The translations under genes were made by a program, and so were the position numbers. A DNA stretch of 63,865 bases, counting the filler, from Octopus bimaculoides (taxonomy: Eukaryota), in the NCBI RefSeq assembly GCF_001194135.2. It is 5 parts of 5 records of this genome, joined end to end, with 100 filler letters (N's around TTAATTAATTAA, not from the genome) between each part and the next. Parts side by side here need not be neighbours in the genome. Positions count along the whole stretch, not along the records: positions 1 to 21,986 come from NC_068990.1; 4 more parts are not named here. One strand, written 5' to 3'. How positions within the stretch are numbered: position 1 is the first letter of the stretch; each line of letters opens with the position of its first letter. Of the stretch, positions 1 to 11,411 are shown piece after piece. The notes beneath the pieces are model-generated. The model did not search any database, was not told where the DNA came from, and saw only the letters and a list, made by a program, of their open reading frames with translations.

Positions 1-1159
1 AAAAACTTTCATAAATTTTGAATTAATGAAACCACGCTTTGATCTTTGCCAAACAGTCTTTGTAAAAATTAAAATTATAAAGGTTAAGAAACATTTAATT
101 GGCTAATTAATTGGTAATCGATAGGGAATCAATAAATAAAAGTCTATTAAGTGTTTGATTAAAAACCTGTCGTTTTACAGATTTTATCTTCGATGAAGAT
201 CTATTTTGTGAAGAAATTTGTTTTACAATAAAAAAAAAAACAGTCAGAAGAAATTATATGCGAATCTGATTTTCGAAAGTCTTTTGGAATAGTAAGAATA
301 ACTTAAATACAGATTCGATGGTCTATAAGCAGAAGGCAATGACTTTTATCGTTTTAACTCAAGGTCCCAGGTACACTTATTTCATACCAAGAGAAGTTTT
401 CAATATTGAAACTAATTTTCGCCAGTTCTTCACTCGAAATCAAAATATATTCAATAAACTGACATAATTTGCATTTGTAATTAACGAATCAATTTTACCA
501 TACACACATTTGACGCTTATTGTGCAGTTAACCGATTTATGTATCATCCAGTATGCAATTAAGCAGAATCAACTGTGCCACAACACAGAGCGGTTTTTGG
601 CAGCCACATCATTGTTCTCATAAATTCTATTCCGTTTGAAATTAAGGAATGTTCTAAATTATCACTATATTGTTGACCTAAGACTGCTTGCAAAGTACAG
701 ATGGAAGAGCTCAAACAAATTACTGTAGTGTATTTTGCAATGCTCCTTATATACGGCAGTCGAAATACACACATTTAAAAGCTTTTGTAAAATTATTTGA
801 CACAGTTATGACCGACTACGAAAGCCAAAAGAAGAGTACGTTATAAGAATTTTGAATCCGAAACTGAACTGGAAATAGTTAACTCCATTACACAAAAACA
901 AAATAACTTCCTCTATATGCATTGGCCCGGAATGCGTGTGTTTCAAACTTTGAGAAAAAAAATACACGCTACACACAAACTTATTCCATTAGATTAATGA
1001 CATTCTGTAAAATTAAAGAATCATTTAAAATAGCAAATAATTTTTTTAAAATCTTTTCTTAATTATATATATATATATATATATATTAGATTAAAAATTA
1101 CAACAGTAATATGTCCATTCTGCTGAAATGAAATTTTCAGTAAATTTTCTGTATCCTTG

Positions 1160-1247
1160 TGCAGCTGAAGATTGCTCTGCATTTTACATTTAATGTAATG
1201 CTCGCATTACTTAAATAAATGGAGTAGCATGAAACGTGCGTACAGCA
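1160..1247 (+). ncRNA. Weak/degenerate type I hammerhead ribozyme candidate
   Basis: CUGAAGA 1165-1171; long imperfect helix II (UGCU-CUGCAUUU / AAAUGGAG-U-AGCA); GAAA 1231-1234; helix III ACGUGCGU; GUA triplet; helix I UGCAG/CAGCA pairs 4 of 5. Lacks the G10.1-C11.1 pair. Confidence 0.3.
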
Positions 1248-1278
1248 ATAGCCTTTAAAACCCGTGTTGCTTTTTGGG

Positions 1279-1309
<31 letters not shown>

Positions 1310-1393
1310 GCTAGGCTGGTTATTTGACGAGATAATTAAAGCCTGGGAAAAAATACCAACAAGTAAATACCACACGATATTTATCCCGACTTT

Positions 1394-1489
1394 CTGGGTT
1401 CAAATCCGCCCAAGGTCAACTTTGCCTTTCATCTTTACGATGTTGATAAAATAGACTCCAGGCGAAGTACTGGAGTCGAATTAATCGAC
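1394..1489 (+). mobile_element. Degenerate tRNA-derived SINE fragment (family A)
   Basis: B-box-like GGGTTCAAATCC followed by ACTTTGCCTTTCATC...GATAAAATAG...TACTGGAGTCGAATTAATCGAC, matching the family A copies at 8526, 11200 and 30175. Confidence 0.7.
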
Positions 1490-1889
1490 AGTACTCTAAA
1501 TGGACTTCATACATGAGTTAGAAATCAATATGTGTGTGAGAGGAAAGGGTATAGGGAATCTAGATTCTGGGTACCTTAATGCCACCGTTAATGTAATGCC
1601 AAAAAGTTTGAGAGAGTTCTAGCTTAACACACACACCAACGGCATACGTTTCGCATTTAGTAATAATCATTTAATTGGTGGCGAGGTTAAGTGAGTGCTT
1701 CTACCACATAACTTGAGTAATAGCCATTGTGTATAGGCAGAATGAGGTTGTGTACCGCACCTCTCACTCTGTATCAACAACAATCTGTCTGTCAGTCTAT
1801 CTGTATGTCCTCAGGGTCGCTCTCATCACGGCTGTATACTTTGGGTGTTATTTTATATGTGTATACACATCTGTGGCTATCAATATCAA

Positions 1890-2124
1890 TGTGTGAGCGG
1901 AAACATGCATGTGTGTGTATATGTGTACCTCTCTCTCTCTCTATATATATATATATACCTGTATATGAAGGGCGACGTGTATACGTATGTGTGTGTGCGC
2001 GTCTATCTGTACACATATGATTATACACACAAGCACATACACACACTCAAATATATACATTATATGAATACATACATACATATATACATACACACACACA
2101 CACATATATATATATGTATGTATG

Positions 2125-2189
<65 letters not shown>

Positions 2190-3031
2190 ATATATATATA
2201 TGTATATATATATGCACATACATATATATATATACACATGTAACGGGTGAAGTCTGTGTGTTTCTGTGTAAGCGTATGTGTATTCGTGTAGGTGTATGCT
2301 GATGTGCATATGTGTACTTACGTTTACAATTTACTTCAGTGTATCAAGATGTCTGTATCTACGTGTATATATCTCGTGGTATGTGTGTGTGCGTGTTTTT
2401 GCTAAATGATTCTCTGCACTCATGTCACTTTATATCTAAGCCGAAATTATAAACAAATATTTTAAACATCCCATCGCGCACGTGCATATGTGTAACCAGG
2501 TGTAGGTGATTCCCTGTATGTGTGTGTGCGCGTGTGTGTGTGTGTGTGCGCGCGTGTGTGCGTGCGCGCGCGGGCGTGTGTAAATGAAAGTGTGCGGTGA
2601 GAAGGAGGTAGCTGCGTGCATCTGTTTATTAAAGGCAGAGTGCATGTGTTTATGAAAGGCAGCGGTAAGCAGAGAAATATTTCTATCAACAGGAAGTACA
2701 GTATTCCACAGTTGGGCTAGTCTTCTGATGACTAGGTGTGTGTACATGTATGTGTGTGTGAGTGGGTGTGCGTGCATGTGCGTGTGCACGCGTATGCGTG
2801 CGTGTATACGTATATATATAAACACCTATATTTATATATGCTATAGATATTATAATCATATATTTGTTTATATTTCTCTGTGTGTATGTCTACACATGTA
2901 AACGTACAAACACACAGACATACGCTAACACGCATATACATATACATACAAATATATATTCACACATTTATATACATACAACCATATATACATGTATAGA
3001 TATACATACATACATGCACGCATACATACAA

Positions 3032-3068
<37 letters not shown>
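1890..3068. repeat. Compound (TA)n/(CA)n/(TG)n microsatellite tract
   Basis: Directly visible dinucleotide runs; all ORFs here are YI/HT/CV repeats. Confidence 0.95.
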
Positions 3069-3072
<4 letters not shown>

Positions 3073-3950
3073 TTCATCCCATAAATAATGCGGTGTTTCA
3101 ATTGCATGAAGTAAAAGTCGGAAGAGGACCTGCATCAACTTGCTGTAAAAGCAGGTAATAATTTTACTTTGTCCTTATTCTTATTGCAAGTTTCGAAGAA
3201 GCAGTTCAATTTTAAAAGCTATTTTTTCAAAGCTATATTTTGCATTATGAGTTCAATTCAGGCAACAACGCAACGGAAAGTGCGAAGAATATTAATGCAC
3301 AATATGGAGATCGGACAATAAGCGTAAGCGAGTGCCAACAGTGGTTCTAGAAATTCTGAACAGGAAACTATAGTCTAGAAGACGAGCCTTGTCCTGAAAA
3401 GCTTGAAGAGGACGTCCTGCAAACCCTGATGGAACAAAATCCCATCGTAACTGTTGAGAAACTAGCAGAGAAGCTTGGATTTAGTTATTCAGCCATTCAT
3501 CGACACTTGCGTGCCATCGAAAAAGTCAGCAAATTGGGTCAATAGGTTCCTCACAAACTTTCCGAGTCTAATCGCGCGCAGAGTGAATATGTGTTCTTCT
3601 TTGTTGTCACGTTTCACCAATGAACCACTTTTAGACCGAATAGTGACTGATGACAAGAAATAGATATGAAATTTCAAGCGCCGAAGACAGTGCGCAGGGA
3701 AAGGAGAAACACCAGCACCCTAGGCTAAAGAAAGTCTTCACCCACTTAAGGTGTTGTTATATGTTTGGTGAGATATGAAAGATTTAGTCCACTTTGATCT
3801 TTTAAATCCAAACCAAACGATAAGAAAAGAGATCTACTGCGAACAACTTGAACGACTTAAGTGAATGCTAGACCATCTAGCAACCATTTTTGGTTTCAAG
3901 ACGAAAAGTATTCTTCCATCAGGATAATGCTCGGCCACATACAGGAATAC
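3069..3950 (+). mobile_element. Mariner transposon remnant, 3'-truncated, inserted in (TA)n
   Basis: Mariner-like TIR TTGGTTCATCCCATAAATAATGCGGT after a TA run. Translation across stops/frameshifts gives LHYEFNSGNNATESAKNINAQYG...SLEDEP...VPHKLSE...LDRIVTDDKK...LHPLKVLLYVW...FHQDNARPHT (HTH plus first two catalytic aspartates). Confidence 0.95.
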
Positions 3951-4010
3951 AGAATACAAAATGGCTGATATTTAGCAAGGTGAGACACACATAAGAAGGA
4001 AGGAAACAAA

Positions 4011-4055
4011 GGACCACTGATGAGGTCACAGAAGTGTGACGAAAGAACTCTGGCC
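4011..4055 (+). ncRNA. Minimal type I hammerhead ribozyme (Penelope/retrozyme type)
   Basis: GGACCA-CUGAUGA-G-GUCACA(GAAG)UGUGAC-GAAA-GAAC-UC-UGGCC: intact core, perfect 6-bp helix II, 2-bp helix III, CUC triplet (cut after 4050), helix I GGACCA/UGG-CC. Confidence 0.75.
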
Positions 4056-4083
4056 GAAATAAGATTAAGATTANNNNNNNNNN

Positions 4084-4125
<42 letters not shown>

Positions 4126-4264
4126 CGCCGCAACGATTTTGATAGCTCTCCGCCTTAATTAACTATGTGATATTTATACCAGCACTCCATTATACCTCAT
4201 CATTATACCAGCACTCCGCCCGGATTATCACCGGATATACTTAGTGATTTCACTGGACTCTTCC

Positions 4265-4300
4265 TCTTTTACTTGTTTCAGTCATTTGACTGCGGCCATG
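4265..4300 (-). mobile_element. SINE family B 3' tail abutting the R4-like LINE 3' end
   Basis: Reverse complement CATGGCCGCAGTCAAATGACTGAAACAAGTAAAAGAG is near-identical to the tails of the full copies at 19097 and 19808. Confidence 0.75.
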
Positions 4301-4303
4301 CAG

Positions 4304-5700
4304 GTTCACTACCAGTGAACTAAGGTAACACCTCTCATTTTTCGAGCACCTCCGGAGTATTCGAGCGGTTCCAAGCAGTGCTGTTTTCTGCAGCCCCTAT
4401 TTGTTCCATGTTCTTCTCAAGATTTTTACTCACTGTTTCCAGGGCTTCGACAATTATTGGTACCACTACCACCTTTTCATCGACCACAAATGATTAAACT
4501 CCCAAGCTAACCTGTCATATCAATCGACTTTTCTTTCTTCCTTATCGCATACCTTGTTGTCAGCTGGGCATGTTATATTTATGATCCAGCATAGTTTGCT
4601 TTCTTTCCCAATTAACACTATATCTGGCTTACTTTTCTTTATCCTACGGTTGCACTGAATCATAAAATCAAATAGGATCTTTGCATTATCATTTTTGATG
4701 ATGCCTTCGGGTTTGTGGTCGTACCCATTTTTTGTTCGTGACGTCTCTTATATTCCTTCTGGGCTAGTGGCGTACATTGGTTAGTAATGTGCCATACGGT
4801 TTCACCAATTTGTCCACAGATTCTGCCCTTATAACTTTCTGCTGTGTTGTCTATTCTGTATTTTATGTAGTTTGTTCTTAGTGCTTGCTCTTGGGCAGAA
4901 CGGATTAGACCTTCCGTTTCCGGTTTTAAATCACTTTTAGTCATCCACAGCCATCTTTTTTCTCTATCTGTCTTCAACATTTCTATGAAATTGTTCATGC
5001 ATTCTTTTCTTTACCCACCTATTTTCAGTTTCATTCGTTTTCAATTGCATGTACAGTGCTTTATCTCTGCAATCTTTCATCCTACACATGCCTGACCTTC
5101 TAATAATAGCAGTTCTGTGGAATTTTTTACATACAATGTTATTTTCTTTTACTCTAATACTCTAATCCAATAAGTCCTCTTCCCCCTCTTTCGTGGTACA
5201 TACAGTCTGTCTGTATCACTTTTTGGGTGGAGTGACCCATATGTAGTTAGCAGCTTCCTTGTCTTTCTGTCTAAGCTGTTTAGTTCGTCTTCTCTCCATG
5301 CGATTACCCTTGCTCCATATCTAAGGAGGGAAACCGCCTAGGTGTTGATATCTTCGATCTTACTCGTCCGTTTAATTTCGACTTAAGGATCAGTCCCAGT
5401 CTGCGCATGTATTCCACCTTAAATTTTTCTGTCATTTCTTTCTCCATCAATTTATCCATTTCCAAAATCCCCAAGTAATTATAGCCCGTCTCTTCTATCT
5501 GCTTCATAACCTCCCCCAATGGTATCATTAGCCCATCCATTCATTTGATTTTGCCTCTCTTCAAGACTAACACACCACACTTTCTCAGTCCGAACTCCAT
5601 TTTGATATCAACACTGAAGGTATACACCGTACCATCGAGGGAACTGACTTGGGCTTCATCTTTACCATAAAGTTTGTGGTCATCTATCAATAACAATAGC
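4304..5700 (-). mobile_element. R4/Dong-clade RLE non-LTR retrotransposon, 5'-truncated copy 1 (pseudogenised)
   Basis: Minus-strand LLLIDDHKLYGK (RT YxDD region), YNYLGILE, LKPETEGLIRSAQEQALRTNYIK, GRICGQIGETVWHITNQCTPLAQKEYKRRH (zinc-knuckle region); frameshifts present. Confidence 0.9.
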
Positions 5701-5702
5701 TG

Positions 5703-7347
5703 TTCCCTACCAGTGAACTAAGGTAACACCTCTTATTTTTCGAGCACCCTCCGGAATATTCGAGCGGTTCCAAGCAGTGCTGTTTTCTGCAAGTGCTCTT
5801 CCCTTATTGCAGCCCCTATTTTTTCGACGTGCTTCTTGAGATTTTTGCTCACTGTTCCCAGGTCCCCGACCATTATGGTTACTACTGCTACCTTTTACAT
5901 CGACCACAACTGCTTAACTTCCAAAGCTAACCTGTCATATCTCTCAACTTTTCTTTCTTCCTTATCGCATACCTTGTTGTCAGCTGGGCATGTTATATCT
6001 ATGATCCAGCAAAGTTTGTTTTCTTTCTCAATTAAGACTAAGTCTGGCTTACTATTCTCTATCTCATGGTCGCACTGAATCATAAAATCCCATAGGATCT
6101 TTGCATTATCATTTTCGACGATGCCTTCAGGCTTGTGGTCGTACCAATTTTTTGCTCTGTCAAGTCCATACTTGTTGCAAAGTGTCCAATCGACAAGCCT
6201 GGCTATATTGGCTGGTAAATATGCCATACGGTTTCACCAATTTGTCCACAGATTCTGCACTTATAACTTTCTGCTGTGTTGTCTATTCTGTATTTTATGT
6301 AGTTTGTTCTTAGTGCTTTCTCTTGGGCAGCACAGATTAGAGCTTTAAATCACTTTTCGTCATCCACAGCCATCTTTTTTCTCTGACTCTCTTATCTTCA
6401 ACATCTCTATGAAATTGTCTATGCATTGTTTTCTATGCCTACCTATTTTCAGTTTCATTCGTTTTCAATTTCTTGCATAATGCTTTATCTTTGCAATCTT
6501 TCATCCTACACAAGCCTAATAATAGTAGTTCTGTGGCATTTTTTACAAACAATGCTGTGTTGTTGTTTTTTTTTTTCTGCGCTAAAGCTGTGTTCGCATC
6601 CAATAAGTCCTCTTCTCCCACTTTTTCTTGGTACATACAGTCTGTCTGTGTCACTTTTTGGGTGGAGTGACCCATATCTAGTTAGCAAATTTTCCCAAAT
6701 CCCCAAGTACTTATAGCCTGTTTCTTCTATCTGCGTCATAACCTCCCCCACGGTATCATTAGCCATCCATACATTTGATTTTGCCTCTCTTCAAGACTAA
6801 CACACCACACTTTCTCAGTCCGAACTCCATTTTGATATCAGCACTGAANNNNNNNNNNTTTCTCAGTCCGAACTCCATTTTGATATCAGCACTGAAGGTA
6901 TACACCATATCAACGAGGGAACTGACTTGGGCTTCATCTTTACCACAAAGTTTGTGGTCATCCATGAATAACAAATGGTTGACTTTTTGTTGTCGGCTTT
7001 TGAATACATACCCAGCTTTTGCTTTCCTCAGAATCAGTGTTAGTGGTATCAAGCACAGTACAAAGATCAGTGGGAACAGGCAGTCTCCCTGGAAGATGCC
7101 CCTCCTGATTTCTACTGTACCTAAACTTCTTCCGTATGCTGTCAGCTCCGTCCTCCAATACGTCATACTTTTTCCAAGTAATCGCTCAACATTCGATGCA
7201 ATACCAAATAGGCTCATACAGTCCATAATCCAAGAATGTGGAATCATATCGTACACCTTACGATAGTCGACCCATGACATGGCTAAGTTAGTTTTCCTCC
7301 TCTTGCAGTCTCTAAGTACAGTTTTGTCTATTAGGAGTTGATCCTTT
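5703..7347 (-). mobile_element. R4/Dong-clade RLE retrotransposon copy 2: RT plus RLE endonuclease
   Basis: KDQLLIDKTVLRD...WVDYRKVYDMIPHSW...RRGIFQGDCLFPLIFVL...HLLFMDD (RT); KILWDFMIQCDHEIENSKPDLVLIEK...IIDITCP...KVERYDRL (PD-(D/E)xK RLE). Confidence 0.92.
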
Positions 7348-8198
7348 GAAACTGAAGCCAATGATGGTGACAGTGTTACACCCGGTAGGCTCAGAGATTC
7401 TGGTCTGGCTCCAGCCTGTCTATATCCAGAAAGGGACCACCACACACGGTGTAGCTGGAGTAAGCAAATTAACGCTGTGGTCACGGAGTGTTACTACCTG
7501 AGCAGCTCGGTAGATGAAAATAGTGCTCAAATCAGGGGTTACCGACAACGTATGTATGATCATTAGAGAGAAAAGGGATTGTTTCAACTCACGGAACAGA
7601 ACAATAAGAAAAAATTATTGGTTCACAGAAGTAGAGCTCGAAGCTATCAAAAGACGGGTCATAGAAAATAGCAGCAGAGATAACAATGAAAATACAGTTC
7701 TTACTAATAAGAGTAATCTCATAGCGCAAGAAAGGAGCAGTGGTAGTTTACTTGATGAGAGACATATAGTTGATCTTAAAGAAGACAATAAAACTGGTAG
7801 CGACATGACAGATGAACAAAAGGCAATCTACCACAGAATAAAGGTAAGACTACTGGAGAACGATAACGACATTATTTGCAACCTTAAAAAGGTTGATCGA
7901 TGGAAACTGAACCAAGAAACAAAAAATGTCAATGAAATTCTGAAATACATCAGAACAAACAACATCACAGAAACAAATAATTTGATCAAGGCAGCAAGTA
8001 TTGTTGTAGCAGAAAACGTGGGTGTTGATGTCAAGAAATAGAAACATAATGGGAATGACAAAAGAAAAGATCCATGGTGCAAAAGAAGAATCCAGGCAGG
8101 GTTAGACATGCTCTCGAAGGAAATCTCTGTGTTAGACGGAAAAGTGAAAGGGGAGCTTAAAAGTGAACAAAAATACAGGGCGCAGAAAAGGAAGTATA
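7348..8198 (+). mobile_element. N-terminal segment of an R4-like ORF, inverted relative to the adjacent RT
   Basis: Plus strand WSKQINAVVTECYYLS...RGYRQRMYDH*REKGLFQLTEQ / IRKNYWFTEVELEAIKRR / NNITETNNLIKAASIVVAE / DPWCKRRIQ...KRKY; motifs I recognise from R4/Dong ORF N-termini. Confidence 0.8.
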
Positions 8199-8292
8199 TT
8201 ATTGTTGTTGTTGTTTTTGCTGTTGTTGCTGTTGATGTTGTTGTTGTTGTTGTTGATGATGTTGTTGTTGTTGTTGTTGTTATTGATGTTGT
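8199..8292. repeat. (TTG)n microsatellite
   Basis: Visible trinucleotide run. Confidence 0.9.
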
Positions 8293-8301
8293 GGTTTTTA
8301 A

Positions 8302-8498
8302 GGTGGTGAGCTAGCAGAATCGTTAGTATGCTGGGCGAAATACTTTGCGGTATTTCATCAAATTTCGCCAAGGTTTACTTTGCTTTCATCCTTTCGGTGT
8401 CGGCGATAAAATTAAGTATTAGCAGAGAGTACTGGGGTCGATATAATCGACTTACCCGTCTCCCAAATTTCAGGCCTTGTGCCTATATTAGAAAGAAT
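8302..8498 (+). mobile_element. tRNA-derived SINE family A (internally deleted)
   Basis: GGTGGTGAGCTAGCAGAATCGTTAG head (A box) ... CTGGGGTCGATATAATCGACT ... TTAGAAAGAAT tail. Confidence 0.85.
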
Positions 8499-8525
8499 TA
8501 TCATTATAATAATTATTATTATGAA

Positions 8526-8730
8526 GGCGGCGAGCTAGCAGAATCGTTAGCATGTTGGGCAAAATGCATAGCGGCATCTAATCCGTCTTTACGTTCTGAG
8601 TTCCAAATTCGCTGAGGTCGACTTTGCCTTTCATCCTGTCGAGGTCGATAAAATAAGTACTATTTGAAAACTGGAGTCGATGTAATCCACTAGTCCCCTC
8701 CCCCAAAATTGCTGCCCTTCTGGCATATAT
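8526..8730 (+). mobile_element. tRNA-derived SINE family A, tandem second copy
   Basis: GGCGGCGAGCTAGCAGAATCGTTAG head, GAGTTCCAAATTC B-box-like motif, GACTTTGCCTTTCATCC central module. Confidence 0.88.
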
Positions 8731-9265
8731 ATTATATGGAGTGTATGTGTAGGAGTTCTCTCTCTCTCTACAACACAAGAGAAATAAATACCTAAAAGAA
8801 AAAAACGAAACGCTCGACCTCCAACGCACCACCACTACCACCACCGCCACCGCCACTAAATCATCGACATAGTCACGTAAACTCTTTAAACAAACCATCT
8901 GCTCCCAGTCACTTTACCAGATGGTTATTTTCCCCTTTATACAATCCTCAGAGGTTTCACTGTATGGCTGGGGTTTTGTCTTTTTGTTTCTTCCTTTTTT
9001 TAACGTTTTCTTGTTTTTGTTGTATTTTTGTTTCTATTTTTCGCTGTTTCCTTTTCGTTCGCTTTTCAACTTCTTCTTAGTTACATGTTGTATAACCACA
9101 TATAATATAAATATGACGTGAATATGGTGGAAATGTCATTCTTTCCTTGTAATCTTTCCATCTATTTCTATACACATGTACAAGTACACACACATGCGCA
9201 TACGCATACACACATATGTGTGGGTGTAGGTAAGTATGTGTATATGTATATATACCAACACACCA

Positions 9266-9318
<53 letters not shown>

Positions 9319-9322
9319 TTAT

Positions 9323-10866
9323 AATGGCACTGGTAAAAATGGCACTGATAAAAAATGGCACAGGTAAAAATGGCATAATAAGCTTATTGAAATATACACT
9401 ATTGGCAAAATAAGTAGAATAAAGCTTGTCTAATTTAAAAACTGGTTTTGAATAAAATCTATTTTCTTAATGTATCATATACTTGTATAACCTCTATTTC
9501 TTAATTTAAATTTATACATTTAAAATTTATAAAAGAAACAATTGTAATAAAATCAAATATGCGTAGACATGAGAACACCATTTTATATTAATCTTTCAAA
9601 ACAGAATTTAATAACTAGAATCTTATACTGTGACCAAGTCCACGTAACACTTGATCAAGGTTTTCCCTTCTTTCTGTGTAGTCTTTGCATAAATTATTTA
9701 GTCTTTGTTGTAAATCAACATATACTTTCTTTGTTTTCTTCCTGGGTGGTTCACCATCTGAATCCCTTACTATCAATGCACTCACAACAGGCTAAGGTCC
9801 TGTATTTTTCTCGAGGTACTCTGACTCAGATGATAGAAACAACTTTTTGTGCGTGTTTCCGGTCCAAAAACATTGTTGATAGCTTGGATGATCACCTGCT
9901 CGAAGTCAGCAATTATGGTTGTTGGGTCTGGGTAGTGCTCAGTCTCGTGACAACGATCCAGGACAGCTTGCAGCTGCGTTTGATATGTATCTTGTGTTTT
10001 AGTTTGCAGACAAGCAAAAACAATAGAAACTGCAGTATTACCAACTGGGACTCGTATTACATAAAGCTATAAAAATCCTAGTGAAACTATTGCATAGATA
10101 CCATCCATTAGTCATGTATCAGCAGAAGCAAGTAACCGCAGTGGTTCATCAGAACCAAACGCAATGATGCGTTTGCCAGTGTCTGGTCCATTATCGAAGA
10201 ACAAAAATGATTTGGGTTCGGGAGCTGCAGTAGTTGTCCATTCTCCAGTAAGTTTCAGATCCCCGAGTCTTTCTGGTACTTGTGGATAGAGTTTTGATCT
10301 TTGGTTACGCAAAGTTCTCTTTATGATGTCCTGACTTGGAAATAACGCCTTTCCTTCAGCTGATAATTCATTCAGGTTATTGCTGTAAATCTGGCTAGGT
10401 TTATCTTCTGTTTCTGCTGCTTTTCTCTTCATGCATCTCTGCATTTTGTGGCTGAAATAGCTGCAGAATCAGGAGCGTGGTTGTGGTCATTAGCTGGTAC
10501 AGAATCAGTCACATCAAGGCTGGTGGTCATGGTGCTTTAACAAAAAGATATTCTTTTAAAACATCTCCATCTGATAGTAGTTGATCTTACAATCTGTTTT
10601 GTATACATGTATCTTTGGAAGCAAATCTTCTCTTTTCCTTTATTACTTGCTATGGCTCCCATGATGGGGTTGTGGTAGAGCCTCTGAGATAAATTGTAAC
10701 CAGAGTTACTGGTTTCGTATTTATTTTGTTAAGGAGTCACTGGGACAGCTTGATGTATGTTCCAAAGTTCATCAAGCTGTCCCATTGTACGTTCAAAATT
10801 CTGGAGGAAATCTTGCTTATTGTGCTATTTTTAACCTATCTTTTCACTAGTGCCATTTTTACCTAA
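9323..10866 (-). mobile_element. Mutator/MULE DNA transposon, internally deleted
   Basis: Ends built from the unit GGTAAAAATGGCAC: 3-4 tandem units at left, inverted GTGCCATTTTTACC at right. Encloses a MULE transposase remnant. Confidence 0.85.
9615..10662 (-). pseudogene. FLYWCH-MULE transposase pseudogene
   Basis: MGAIASNKGKEKICFQRYMYTKQIVRSTTIRWRC...HNHAP (FLYWCH); FLFFDNG...IIAF...W*MDG...LYVIRV...ADFEQ...CFYHLSQS (MULE domain); then jumps to C-terminal LCKDY...VLRGLGHSIRF*. Frameshifts and stops present. Confidence 0.88.
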
Positions 10867-11149
10867 ATTCACATCCACTATGCATGATTGAATATTTCAG
10901 TCTTGTTTCACTCTATTTACATGTATATATGTATATATGTTTTATATATCAAGCTTAAGCTTGATTATTTCTTTATTTGTATCATTATCTCCATATCTGC
11001 TCGACTGGATTCATTTCACAGTCACTCTTTATTCTGCTGACTTAGTCCTCGGTAAAAATTTCGGAGTGTAAGTTCAAATCTTTTGAGCGCTGTTTTCTAT
11101 ATTGAGCATTTCCGGATCTCAGCTCAATATATATGAATGTACACACACA

Positions 11150-11187
<38 letters not shown>

Positions 11188-11199
11188 TGTAATAATCCT

Positions 11200-11411
11200 T
11201 TCTACTATAGACAAAAAGCCTGAAATTTCGGGGAGGTGGGAGGGCAGTCGCTTTGATCGACCCCAGTACGCAACTGGTACTTAATTTATCGACCTCGAAA
11301 AGATGAAATTCAAACTCGACCACGGCGGAATTAGAGCTCAGAACACAAAGACAGACGAAATACTGCTAAGCATTTCGCCCGGCGTGCTAACGATTTTGCC
11401 AGCTCGTCACC
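11200..11411 (-). mobile_element. SINE family A, full length
   Basis: Reverse complement matches the 8526 copy from head to tail. Confidence 0.9.

Noticed and set aside
6811-6897. 38-bp direct repeat inside the R4 RT
   Set aside because: The copies flank a 10-N gap, so this is an unmerged contig overlap.
9569-10072. 167-aa plus-strand ORF
   Set aside because: Antisense shadow of the MULE transposase.
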